From: Thermoplasmata archaeon
GTDB taxonomy: Archaea > Thermoplasmatota > Thermoplasmata > Lutacidiplasmatales > UBA184
Length of the DNA stretch: 64,000 nucleotides
NCBI GenBank assembly: GCA_035504395.1
Contig: DATJRX010000032.1
Span: forward strand, 1,510 to 65,509
Direction: 5' to 3'
The notes under the pieces are model-generated. The model made no database searches and was not told the DNA's origin. It was given only the letters and a program-made list of their open reading frames with translations. Every line of letters starts with the position of its first letter. The stretch's first letter is position 1. Below, in pieces: positions 8,837 through 17,834 of this stretch. The position numbers and the translations under genes are program-made.

Positions 8837-8921
8837 GGGGGTGGTTGCAACCCAACGAGGGGGTGCACCGTATTTGAGGCGGGAACCGGGAGGTCGCGGA
8901 ACGCCCCCGCGCGCGGCCGTT

Positions 8922-9395
8922 TCAGCGCGCGCGGGCGGGTTCGGCCGGCACGATCCGCGGGAGCTCGCCCTGGATCGCCGGCGTGCGGCGGCTCGAGGCG
9001 CGGGAGGTCGCGGCGTGCCGCGGGAGGAGCCAGCGCTCGCCCCACGCCCTCAGCTCGCGGGCCGCGGGCGCGAGGCCGAGGCCCATCTCGGTCAGCGAGT
9101 AGACGACCGAGAACGGGCGGGTGCTGACGACCGTGCGCTGCACGACGCCCTGGGACTCGAGGAACTTGAGGGTCGCGCTCAGCGTCTTCGCGTTGAGCCG
9201 CGGGTTCGACTTCAGGATCTCGCTGAACCGCTGGGGTCCCTCGAGCAGACGGTGGACGATCGCGAGCCGCCACTCCGTGCCGATGACCCCGACCGCCGCG
9301 AGCACGGGGCACAGGCTCCGGCCCTCGGCGCTCTCGCAGCTGTCGCTCCCCGCGGCCGAGGACCCGGGTCCGCGATGGGTGCGATCGATCTCCAT
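8922..9395 (-). CDS. HxlR-family winged-helix transcriptional regulator
   Basis: CPVLAAVGVIGTEWRLAIVHRLLEGPQRFSEILKSNPRLNAKTLSATLKFLESQGVVQR is the canonical HxlR core. I chose the ATG at 9395 (MEIDRTH...) over the upstream ORF start at 9488. Confidence 0.85.
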   Translation of the reverse strand: MEIDRTHRGPGSSAAGSDSCESAEGRSLCPVLAAVGVIGTEWRLAIVHRLLEGPQRFSEILKSNPRLNAKTLSATLKFLESQGVVQRTVVSTRPFSVVYSLTEMGLGLAPAARELRAWGERWLLPRHAATSRASSRRTPAIQGELPRIVPAEPARAR

Positions 9396-9547
9396 CCTGG
9401 TCGCCTCGATCGTCCTAGGCCCGCGGAGGATTAAATAGTTACGGCATGAAAGTAGGTGAAAATCCGTAACCGAGCGGGCGCGTCCCACCGTTCGCGCTCC
9501 GCCCCGGCGGCCCGCACCTTTTTCTCCGCGCTCGCCGGTCGGGGGCC

Positions 9548-10165
9548 ATGGCGCTGAAGCGACGCGAGGTCGAGCTGACGGTCGAGCGGCCGCTCGACCC
9601 CACGAACCCCGGCGCCGGGACCGTCCGTCTCACCGGACGGTTCGAGGGCGACGCGGACGGCCGCGCGCCGTCGCACGGGGAGCTGGCCGACGCGCTCGAT
9701 CGGCTTCGGGCCGACCTCGACGCCCTCGTCGGCGCCCCGATCGCGGCGATCCCGGTCGCCCGGCCCGATCGTGAACTGACCGAGCTCATCGAGACGTACC
9801 GCCCCCGCCAGCGCGACCTGGTGGACGCGCTGCGCGGCGACGGGGAGCTGACGGTCGGCGAGCACGAACGGCTGCTCGCCTACCTCGACGGGATCGGCGC
9901 GCGCCCACCGGGAGCGCCCTCCTCCGCACCGGCGAGCCCGCCGCCCGAGCCGACGTTCGACCGTCCGATCGCCGCGGTCCCGATCGCGGCGGACCGGTCG
10001 CCCGAGTCGGCCCGGCCGATCTCCGAGCTGCTCGAGCGCTACCAGATCACGTCGCTGAAGCAGGCCGGCGCGGTCCGGGCCCGCCGCGAGATCTCGTTCG
10101 AGGAGTACATGGCGCTCAAGCGTCACTTCCAGCGCGACGAACCCCCGCCGCGCGCCCCGGGCTAG
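9548..10165 (+). CDS. hypothetical protein (205 aa)
   Basis: ATG-initiated ORF with helical, Asp/Glu/Leu-rich composition unlike the GC-artefact ORFs. It is followed after 12 nt by the HAD hydrolase gene. No motif recognised. Confidence 0.55.
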   Translation: MALKRREVELTVERPLDPTNPGAGTVRLTGRFEGDADGRAPSHGELADALDRLRADLDALVGAPIAAIPVARPDRELTELIETYRPRQRDLVDALRGDGELTVGEHERLLAYLDGIGARPPGAPSSAPASPPPEPTFDRPIAAVPIAADRSPESARPISELLERYQITSLKQAGAVRARREISFEEYMALKRHFQRDEPPPRAPG

Positions 10166-10177
10166 CGAGGCGAGCGG

Positions 10178-10891
10178 ATGGGCCCCGTCTCCGCCCCCGC
10201 CGCGCCGACGGGGATCCGCGCGATCCTCCTGGACTACGGCGGAACGCTCGTCAGCGGCACCCCGGATCCGTACCCGGTCTGGGCGCCGGTGCTCGCGGCC
10301 CGCGGACTCTCCCTCGACCGCGCGGGCTGGGAGGGCGCGAACGATCGCGCGCTCGCCCGTCTCGGACACCTGATGTACCGCACGGTCGGGGAGCGGCCGA
10401 CGTTCTGGGACCGCGTGCACGCCGCGACGCTCGAGGAGCTCGGCGTGGCGGACCCCGGCGGGGCGATCGTGGCGGCGCTGCACGACGCCGCCACGTCGCC
10501 GACGGAGCGCCCGCCGTTCCCCGAGACCGAGGCGGTGCTGCGCGAGTTGCGGGGGCTCGGGCTCTCCCTCCATGTCGTCTCGAACAGCACCGACTACCTC
10601 GTCGAGGCGATCGACCGCCTCGGGTGGCGGGACCGGTTCGACTCGCTGACGTACTCCCAGGAGGCCGGGGCGGAGAAGCCGGACCGGCGGGTGTTCGAGC
10701 TGGCGCTCCGGCGGGCCGGGGTCCCGCCGGGCGCGGCGCTGCACGTCGGCGACACCTGGGGGGCCGACTACGAGGGCGCCCGGGCCGCCGGCCTCAACGC
10801 CGCGTGGCTCAGCCGCGACGGGCGCGCCCCGCCCGAGCCCGCGACGACCGTCCGGGACCTGACGGGGATCCGCGCGCTCCTCGGGCGGTGA
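10178..10891 (+). CDS. HAD-superfamily hydrolase (subfamily IA-like)
   Basis: Motif I-like ILLDYGGTLV, motif II VVSNS, and motif IV HVGDTWGADYEGARAAG. Confidence 0.8.
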   Translation: MGPVSAPAAPTGIRAILLDYGGTLVSGTPDPYPVWAPVLAARGLSLDRAGWEGANDRALARLGHLMYRTVGERPTFWDRVHAATLEELGVADPGGAIVAALHDAATSPTERPPFPETEAVLRELRGLGLSLHVVSNSTDYLVEAIDRLGWRDRFDSLTYSQEAGAEKPDRRVFELALRRAGVPPGAALHVGDTWGADYEGARAAGLNAAWLSRDGRAPPEPATTVRDLTGIRALLGR

Positions 10892-10906
10892 GCGCCCGGC
10901 CGCGCG

Positions 10907-12247
10907 TCAGCCCCCGGCGGTCTCGGCCGGCTTCGGGTACGCCACCATCGCGAGGCACCCCACGTCGGTGATGCCGCGCCGCATCCGGACCGCCCGCGCC
11001 CGACCGGGCGCGACCGTCGCGTCGGGATCGGTCGGCGCGCCGATCACCGCGCCCGGCGGGAAGCTCGGCGAACCGATCTCCCCGGACGTGCGGAACAGCC
11101 CGACGCTCGTCTCGCGGCGACGGAGCAGTCCGGCCGCCTCCGTGAGGAACGCGCCGAGGGCCGGACCCTCGTCGACCCCCTCGGGCAGCCCGAGCGTCGC
11201 CATGCTGAACGTCGCGACGCCCTTCGTCCGGCTCTCGGGGGTGATCCGCTCCGCGACGAACAGATCCTCGGACCGGGCGAGGCACCGGCGCGCGGTCTCC
11301 TCGGGGGACTCCCGGAGCTGGAGGAACGCGAGCCGGGACGTCCACCCCTTGTCGAACACCGCGTCGGCCGCGGCCTGCAGCGCGTCGGACGGCGACGCGA
11401 CGACCACGGGACGCGCGACGCGCTCCCGCGGCGGGGCCGCCCCGCCCGGCAGCAGCGGCCCGGCCGCGTCGACCTCCCACGCCTCCGCCGGGACCGCGGC
11501 CGCTTTCCCGATCCGTTGGACGATCGCCCGCGCTTCGGTCCGCTCGGCCGGGTCGACGGCCCGGGTGGGGCCGCCGCCGAGGACGGCCGCCCCGTCGCCC
11601 CGCTCGACGACGAACGTCGCCACGTCGGCCCGGGTCGTGGCCTGCGCGAGGCGGCCCCCGACCGCCCCGGTGCCGAGCACCCGCGCGAGGAGACCGACCT
11701 CCCGGCCGGTGGCCCCGCGCTCGTGGGCCCCGCGGGTCAGCGCCTCGAACTCGGCCGGCCCGAGACCGGCGGGCGGCGTCGCGAGCGCGCGGAGGGCGCC
11801 CGGCGAGAGGAGCACGAGCAGGAGGTCCTGCTCCGTGAGGTCGCGCGCGATCTCGAGCGCGGCGTCCGAGACCGCCTGAGCCTCGGGGGTGCCCGGATAT
11901 CCGGGCGGCACGGCGATCCCCTGGAACGGGATCTCGGCCGGCACCGGCTCGGGTCCGGCGAGGAAGCCCTGCGTGAGCCGGTTCCCGATCGCGTGGAGGG
12001 CGGCGAGCGCCATCGAGTTCGCGGCGTTCCCCGCCGCGACGAACGCGATCTCGCGGTAGCGGCCGTCGGCGACGAACCGGTTCCCGACCCGCAGCGTCCC
12101 GGACTCCCGGCGCAGCGCGAGCCGGACCGCGTGGTAGGCATCGGCGGCGGTCACCGCCGCACGGAAGGCGATCGCGTGGATCGGGTCCGGGCCCTTCGGA
12201 TCCGGCTCGCCCGGCGGGAACGGGTCCCAGGGGAAGGCGCCGATCAC
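10907..12247 (-). CDS. glycerate kinase-like protein (DUF4147 / MOFRL family), divergent
   Basis: The overall layout and segments (FVAAGNAANSMA, LLLVLLSPGALRAL, GAVIGAPTDPD...) resemble glycerate 2-kinase / hydroxypyruvate reductase TtuD-type proteins. The usual LLSGGGSAL motif is degenerate. Confidence 0.6.
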   Translation of the reverse strand: MIGAFPWDPFPPGEPDPKGPDPIHAIAFRAAVTAADAYHAVRLALRRESGTLRVGNRFVADGRYREIAFVAAGNAANSMALAALHAIGNRLTQGFLAGPEPVPAEIPFQGIAVPPGYPGTPEAQAVSDAALEIARDLTEQDLLLVLLSPGALRALATPPAGLGPAEFEALTRGAHERGATGREVGLLARVLGTGAVGGRLAQATTRADVATFVVERGDGAAVLGGGPTRAVDPAERTEARAIVQRIGKAAAVPAEAWEVDAAGPLLPGGAAPPRERVARPVVVASPSDALQAAADAVFDKGWTSRLAFLQLRESPEETARRCLARSEDLFVAERITPESRTKGVATFSMATLGLPEGVDEGPALGAFLTEAAGLLRRRETSVGLFRTSGEIGSPSFPPGAVIGAPTDPDATVAPGRARAVRMRRGITDVGCLAMVAYPKPAETAGG

Positions 12248-12297
12248 GGTCCGCGGGAGCGGGGGCCCCCGTCAAGAGGATGACGGCGGCCCGCCGC

Positions 12298-13464
12298 TCA
12301 ACCGAGCTGGAGCCGCTCGGGCGCCGCGGCGCGCCCGGGGCCGAGGAACCGGCCCGGCGCGAAGGCGGCCGGGTCGAGGTCGGTCGGCTCGCCAAGCGCG
12401 GCGCGGGCGATCCGCTGGGACGCGGCCGGCGCGAGCATGAACCCGTGGCCCCCGAACCCGTTCGCCTGCACGAAGCCGCGGAGCCGCGGGTCCTCGCCGA
12501 TGATCGGGAGGCCGTCCGGCGTGTCGTCGTAGAACCCCGACCAGGCCCGGAGGATCCCGACCGACGCGAGACGGGGCAGGAGCCGGACGAGCGCCCGCGA
12601 CATCGTCCGAAGGAACTCGGGCGAGCTCGGCATCCCCGCGGCGGTGCCGGCGGGATGCGGGACCGTGACCCCGCCGACGATCTCCCCCCGCATCGTCTGG
12701 CTGAGGTACAGCCCGTCCGAGGGCCGGACCACCATCGGGTCGAGGAACGGCTTCATCGGCTCCGTCGCGAGGATCTCGTGGCGCGTCGGCGAGTTCGGGG
12801 TCTCGAGGCCCGCCCGGCGCGAGAGCTCGGCCGACCAGCCGCCGGCGGCGTTGACGACCACCCCGGTCTCCACGCGGCCGCGCGACGTGACGACCCCGGC
12901 CACACGGCCGTCGCGGGCCTCGACGCCCGTCACCTCGACCCCGAGGGCGACCTCGATGCCCCGCGCCCGGACGTCCTCGTAGAGGCCCCAGATCGCCGGG
13001 AACGGGTAGAGGATCCCGTCGCTGGCGAGGTACGACCCTCCGACGGCCACGCCCGGCGCGAGGCCCGGTACCAGCGCCGCGACGCCCGCCGCATCGAGCA
13101 TCTGGGAGGGGAGGTCCTCGGAGCGGACCAGGTCGTGCACCGTCCGCAGCCGGGCGAGCTCGACCGCGGTCTCCGCGAGGAACAGGTAGCCGGACTGGCG
13201 GAACCAGAGGTTGTAGCCGAACTCGCTCCCGAAGCGGCGGTAGGCTCGGACCGACTCGCGGGCCAGCCGCACGGTCGCGCGCGTCTCCCACTGCTGCCGG
13301 ACGCCGCCCCCGTTCCGGCCCGAGGCGCCGCTCGAGAGGAAGCCGCGGTCCACCACCAGGATCGGTCCGGCCCCCGCGGCGGCGAGGTGGTGCGCCGTGT
13401 AGAGGCCGACGATCCCGGCGCCGACGACGACCGCCCGGTACTCCCGGCGGGCCGGAGCGCTCAC
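12298..13464 (-). CDS. FAD-dependent oxidoreductase, beta-type subunit (sarcosine oxidase beta / proline dehydrogenase beta / DadA-like)
   Basis: N-terminal dinucleotide-binding fold YRAVVVGAGIVGLYTAHHLA, then SGASGRNGGGVR. The GTG start at 13464 overlaps the upstream stop (GTGA). Confidence 0.85.
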   Translation of the reverse strand: MSAPARREYRAVVVGAGIVGLYTAHHLAAAGAGPILVVDRGFLSSGASGRNGGGVRQQWETRATVRLARESVRAYRRFGSEFGYNLWFRQSGYLFLAETAVELARLRTVHDLVRSEDLPSQMLDAAGVAALVPGLAPGVAVGGSYLASDGILYPFPAIWGLYEDVRARGIEVALGVEVTGVEARDGRVAGVVTSRGRVETGVVVNAAGGWSAELSRRAGLETPNSPTRHEILATEPMKPFLDPMVVRPSDGLYLSQTMRGEIVGGVTVPHPAGTAAGMPSSPEFLRTMSRALVRLLPRLASVGILRAWSGFYDDTPDGLPIIGEDPRLRGFVQANGFGGHGFMLAPAASQRIARAALGEPTDLDPAAFAPGRFLGPGRAAAPERLQLG

Positions 13465-15122
13465 GATCCCCCCGGCGGGCGAGGCCCGGCGGCGAGCGCG
13501 GCGAACGCGGCGAGCGGTACCGGCACCAGCGGCGGCCGCTGGGTGATGTAGCCCACCTCCGAGGGCGGCCGGCCCTCCAGAAGGGCGAGCACGAGCAACG
13601 TGTCGGGCAGGCAGTAGCGGCCCTGGCAGAGCCCGGTTCCGACGCCCGTGTAGCGCTTCACGACCTCGATGCCCCGGTAGCCGGCCCGATGCGCCTCCTC
13701 GATCTCGTCGAGGAGCACGTCCTCGCACGGGCAGGCGATCCAGCGCCCGCGCGGGCGGCCGGTCATCAGCTCGCGGTAGTACCCCTCGAGCTCGGACGGC
13801 CCGACCGACGCCGCGGAAAGATCCGGCGCCAGGCCGGTCGCCACGGACCGGCCGAGGATCGCGTCGGCGACGCGCTCGCCGCTCGCGACCGCCGCGTCGG
13901 GCGGGAGGCCGGCCGTCGACCCGGCCGCGTACAGGCCGGGCACGGAGGTCGATCCGTCCTCGGCGACGACCGGGTAGTACGCGCCCGTCGGGGCGCGCCA
14001 GGCCATCCGGGCCCCGGCCTGGAAGAACAGCTGGGGCGTCGGGAGCCGGCGATGCGCGAGCACGACCGCGTCGCACGCGAGGTCGAACCTCGACCCCGAA
14101 CCGCGCGACCGCAGGGCGAGACGCCGCACCCGGCCGCGGCCGCTCGCGCGCTCCACGAGGACCCGCGGGTAGAGCGGGACGTCGAGCTCCGACGCGAGCC
14201 GGACCACCTCGGGCCCGATCGGTCCGGGCGCGACGAGCGCCTCGCACCGGTCGCCGAAGCGGCGGAGCAGCTCGGCCGCGCGGGCGCCGCCGCCGACCAC
14301 CACCGCGCGACGGAACGGAGGGTCGTCCGGTCCCCGGGCCAGGGCGAACGCCCCGTCCGCGGTCAGGACCCCGGGCCGGTCGTTGCCGGCGAACAGGAGG
14401 CTCGCGTCGTAGCCCCCGGTCGCGACGACGACGTGGGGCGCGGTGAGCTCGATGCCCTGCGCCGGCTCGGCGAACCCGTAGAGGGAGAACGGGGCCGACG
14501 ACGCCGGCCGCGGCGGGAGGAACGCGACCGTCGCCGCGAGCCAGGCCGGGTCGCCGGCCGGGGGCGCGGCGGTCCGGTCGACGATCACGACCTCGCGGCC
14601 CGCGGCGCGGAGCCGCTCCGCCGCGGCGCGTCCGCTGGGTCCCCCTCCGACCACCACCACGTCGGCGCGCCGGTGGACGGCCGCGGGGACCGGCCACGGG
14701 GGCGCGTCGATCGACGGCGCCGCCCCGAAGCCGGCGAGCCGACGCACGACCCGTTGGTAGGCGGCCGTGAGCCACGCGGGGCGGCGAAAGCCGTGCAGGG
14801 TGTCGACCCCGCCGGGGAAGACGAAATCGAGGACCCCGAGCAGATCGAACCGCGGGGACGGCCACGCGTTCTCTGTACGGACCTCGTCCCCCTCGGCCGG
14901 GGCGTACCGGCACGCGCGAACGTTCGGGTGGCCGTTCACCCGGACGAGGCAGCCCGTGCAGTACCCGATGCCGCACACCGGGGCCCGCGGCCGATGGTAG
15001 CGGATCGACCGCTGGAGGACCGGCACGCCGTCCCGGGCGAGGGACCGCGCGAGCGGCTCGCCGGGCCGGACCTCCTGCGAACGGCCCTCGAAGCGAAACC
15101 GTCGCGCCGGAGCTCCACCCAT
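13461..15122 (-). CDS. FAD/NAD(P)-binding oxidoreductase, alpha-type subunit with an N-terminal 2Fe-2S-like and a C-terminal BFD-like [2Fe-2S] domain (SoxA N-half / HcnB / OoxA-like)
   Basis: Cys cluster CGIGYCTGCLVRVNGHPNVRAC, Rossmann segment DVVVVGGGPSGRAAAERL, and C-terminal CPCEDV...GTGLCQGRYC. ATG at 15122 (MGGAPARRFRFEG). Confidence 0.75.
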   Translation of the reverse strand: MGGAPARRFRFEGRSQEVRPGEPLARSLARDGVPVLQRSIRYHRPRAPVCGIGYCTGCLVRVNGHPNVRACRYAPAEGDEVRTENAWPSPRFDLLGVLDFVFPGGVDTLHGFRRPAWLTAAYQRVVRRLAGFGAAPSIDAPPWPVPAAVHRRADVVVVGGGPSGRAAAERLRAAGREVVIVDRTAAPPAGDPAWLAATVAFLPPRPASSAPFSLYGFAEPAQGIELTAPHVVVATGGYDASLLFAGNDRPGVLTADGAFALARGPDDPPFRRAVVVGGGARAAELLRRFGDRCEALVAPGPIGPEVVRLASELDVPLYPRVLVERASGRGRVRRLALRSRGSGSRFDLACDAVVLAHRRLPTPQLFFQAGARMAWRAPTGAYYPVVAEDGSTSVPGLYAAGSTAGLPPDAAVASGERVADAILGRSVATGLAPDLSAASVGPSELEGYYRELMTGRPRGRWIACPCEDVLLDEIEEAHRAGYRGIEVVKRYTGVGTGLCQGRYCLPDTLLVLALLEGRPPSEVGYITQRPPLVPVPLAAFAALAAGPRPPGGS

Positions 15123-15232
15123 GCCGAACGGCGGGGACGCCCCTGCCCGTTCAAAAGCGTGGTTGCCCGACCGCGGTGCGCCCGCGCGGGCCGGAACCGT
15201 CGACACCGCCGGTCCACACCGCGAGGCGATGA

Positions 15233-15240
15233 CTATATAG
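15233..15240 (+). promoter_or_regulatory. TATA-box-like element upstream of the AbrB-PhoU gene
   Basis: CTATATAG sits in a very GC-rich context, 28 nt upstream of the ATG at 15269. This geometry implies a leaderless or near-leaderless archaeal transcript. Confidence 0.5.
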
Positions 15241-15268
15241 AAACCCACAGTTCCGGCGGCCTACGTAC

Positions 15269-16354
15269 ATGCGCAGCACCGGAGGGTTCCACGGCCGCCG
15301 CATCCAGAAAACCGGCGGATCGACGTTCATCATCTCGCTCCCGAAGAACTGGGTCGTGTCGCGGGGCCTCGGCGCGGGCGATACGCTGTTCTTCACGCCC
15401 CGGGCCGACGGATCGCTCACGGTCTTCGCGGAGGCGGGCGAGTCCGGCGAGCCCGACCGGCGCGTGGTCGAGGTCTCGAACGACCTCGACAACGAGCACC
15501 TGTTCCGCCGCCTGATCGCGGAGTACATCGCGGGCTATCCCCTCCTCGAGATCCGCACGACCGGCCGGATGAGCGCGCGGACCCGCGAGGTGATCCGCAG
15601 CTTCGCGCAGCGGATGATCGGCCCCGAGATCCTCGAGGAGACCGCGGAGTCGGTGATCCTCCAGGACGTCGTCGGCCAGAACCCGCTGCCGATCCCGTCC
15701 GTGATCCGGCGGATGCACCAGATGGTGCGCGCGATGCAGACCGATGCGATGGCGGCGTTCCGCGCGCGCGACCTCTCGATCGCCCGGGACGTGATCGAGC
15801 GGGACTGGGAGGTCGATCGCCTCCACTGGTTCCTGCAGAAGCAGGTGACGAGCGCGCTGCGTGACGCGCGCATCCTCGTGACCCTCGACCTCACCCTGCC
15901 CGAGTGCTCGACCTACCTGCTCGCGTCGCGCGTCCTCGAGCGGATCGCCGACCATGCGGTCCGCATCGCGGAGACCGTGTCGATCGTCGGGCGGGAGCGC
16001 CCGCCCGAGCGGTTGATGGGCGAGCTCGACCGGATGGCCGACGCGTCGGCCCGGGCGCTCGCCGACGCGCTCGACAGCCTCGACTCGCGCGACATCCCGA
16101 AGGCGAACGACGTGGTCGACGCCGCGAAGCGGATGACCCGCGAGCGGGACCACATCCTCCACGAGCTCACGAGCAAGCGCGGCCGCCTCGCGGTCGGTCT
16201 CGCGTACGTGCTGGAGAGCCTCGAGCGGAGCGCGTTCTACGCGAGCGACCTCGCGGAGATCGCGATCAACCGCGCGGTCGAGTCCCCGGCGCCCGACGCG
16301 GTGAGCGCCCGGACCCGGCCCGAGCGGTCCGTCTCCGCTGCGACCGTCCCCTAG
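15269..16354 (+). CDS. phosphate uptake regulator, AbrB/SpoVT-PhoU fusion (archaeal type)
   Basis: N-terminal SpoVT/AbrB swapped-hairpin motif (GGSTFIISLPKNWVVSRGLGAGDTLFF), followed by two PhoU-like helical repeats. Confidence 0.85.
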   Translation: MRSTGGFHGRRIQKTGGSTFIISLPKNWVVSRGLGAGDTLFFTPRADGSLTVFAEAGESGEPDRRVVEVSNDLDNEHLFRRLIAEYIAGYPLLEIRTTGRMSARTREVIRSFAQRMIGPEILEETAESVILQDVVGQNPLPIPSVIRRMHQMVRAMQTDAMAAFRARDLSIARDVIERDWEVDRLHWFLQKQVTSALRDARILVTLDLTLPECSTYLLASRVLERIADHAVRIAETVSIVGRERPPERLMGELDRMADASARALADALDSLDSRDIPKANDVVDAAKRMTRERDHILHELTSKRGRLAVGLAYVLESLERSAFYASDLAEIAINRAVESPAPDAVSARTRPERSVSAATVP

Positions 16355-17493
16355 GCGCCGGTCCCGAGCACCCGGAGCACGAGGGCGCGCACCTCGTCCT
16401 CGGTCGGCACGCGGGGATTGCCGAGCGTCGCGGGCGACCGCCGCGCGGCGGCGACGACCGCGGGGAGCTCGGCGAGGGCCGTATCGACCGAACCGTGGGC
16501 CGCCCGAACCGTCGGCGGGAAGCGGAGGGCGTCGGCGAGGCGTCGCACCCGCTCGGCCAGGGAGACGTCCCCGGCCGCATCGGCGGGGCGCACCCGCTCC
16601 GCGAGCCGTTCGAGCCGGTCGCGGGCCCCGTTGCGGTCGAAATCGAGGACGTACGGCAGGGCGATCCCGATCAGGCGTCCGTACGGGAGGCCGGTCGGGC
16701 GGACGAGGGCCCGCGCGAGCGCGTGGGCCACCCCCCGCTGTGCGTTCGCCGCCGCGAGGCCGGCCGCGGTCGCCGCGTAGTGCAGCGCCTCCCGCGCCTC
16801 GGGGTCCTCGCTCCAGCGCACGGCGTGCGGCAGCCGCTCGAGCACGGTCGCCACCGTTCCGATCGCGAGCGCGTCGCCGATCGGATTCGACCACGCGGAG
16901 AGGTAGGCTTCGGCCGCGAGCGCGAGCGTCTCGAACCCGCCGTCGACGATCGGCTCGACCGGGAGTCCCTCGGCGAGCGCCGGGTCGACCAGCGCCCACT
17001 CCGGGAGGATGCCCCGGTGCGCGAGCTCGAACGGGGCGCCGTCGTCGCCGAAGAGATCCACCGTCCAGCTCACTTCCGCCCCGCTCCCGCTCGTGGTCGG
17101 TACCGCGACGCACCGCCGTCGCGGGGGATCCGGTGCCTCCCGGAGCGGGGGGAGCGCGCGCAGATCCTCCTCCGGGAGCTCCGCCGCGAATCGGGCCGCC
17201 TTCGCCCCGTCGAGCGTGCGCCCGCCGCCGACGGCCACGATCCAGTCCGCCGAGGAGCGGCCGATCCGGTCGGCCAGCGCGGTCACCGAGGTCCATCGGT
17301 CCGGGGTCTCGGCCACGACGGTCTCCACCGAGGTCTCGGACTTCGCGAGCTCCTCGACGATCCGGCGCTCGCCGCGGCGGCGCGCGACCTCGGGGTCCAC
17401 CACCACGAGCGCGGCGTGCGCGCCGAGGCCGCTGAGCTGCTCGAGGGCGCCGGGACCCCACCCGACGCGCGGCGCGAAGAAGAACCCGCTCAT
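16351..17493 (-). CDS. iron-containing (group III) alcohol dehydrogenase family protein
   Basis: DWIVAVGGGRTLDGAKAA glycine-rich NAD(P) motif with typical Fe-ADH length and layout. Its 3' end overlaps the phoU-like gene convergently by 4 nt. Confidence 0.85.
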   Translation of the reverse strand: MSGFFFAPRVGWGPGALEQLSGLGAHAALVVVDPEVARRRGERRIVEELAKSETSVETVVAETPDRWTSVTALADRIGRSSADWIVAVGGGRTLDGAKAARFAAELPEEDLRALPPLREAPDPPRRRCVAVPTTSGSGAEVSWTVDLFGDDGAPFELAHRGILPEWALVDPALAEGLPVEPIVDGGFETLALAAEAYLSAWSNPIGDALAIGTVATVLERLPHAVRWSEDPEAREALHYAATAAGLAAANAQRGVAHALARALVRPTGLPYGRLIGIALPYVLDFDRNGARDRLERLAERVRPADAAGDVSLAERVRRLADALRFPPTVRAAHGSVDTALAELPAVVAAARRSPATLGNPRVPTEDEVRALVLRVLGTGA

Positions 17494-17511
17494 GGCCGAC
17501 GCTTGGCGGGG

Positions 17512-17814
17512 TCAGCCGCCCGCGGTCGGACCCTCGCGGCACCGCCGGCACGCGCCGGTCGCGCTGAACGCGACCCCGTCGACGCTCCAGCCGTCGGGAT
17601 GCCGGCGGGCGATCTCCGTCAGGAGGTGCCGGTCGAGCTCGGTCAGCTCGAGCCGCTGGATCCGGCCGCAGTTGCGGCAGACGATGTGGGCGTGCGGGTC
17701 CTCGGCGAGGTCGACCCGGACGACCCGCGGGGGGGGAGCGGGAGGGGGCGCGCGGGCGGCGACGCGGCGCGGTCGCGCCCGAGGGCTCCGCTTCGACCGC
17801 GCTCTCGGAGCCAT
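17512..17814 (-). CDS. Fur-family metal-binding/dimerisation-domain-only protein with an Arg/Pro-rich N-terminus
   Basis: DPHAHIVCRNCGRI...GACRRC matches the HxH-CxxC...CxxC C-terminal half of Fur/Zur/PerR. No winged-helix region is present. It lies 18 nt upstream of the Fe-ADH gene. Confidence 0.6.
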   Translation of the reverse strand: MAPRARSKRSPRARPRRVAARAPPPAPPPRVVRVDLAEDPHAHIVCRNCGRIQRLELTELDRHLLTEIARRHPDGWSVDGVAFSATGACRRCREGPTAGG

Positions 17815-17834
17815 CGGCGGACGGACGGAGCGGG

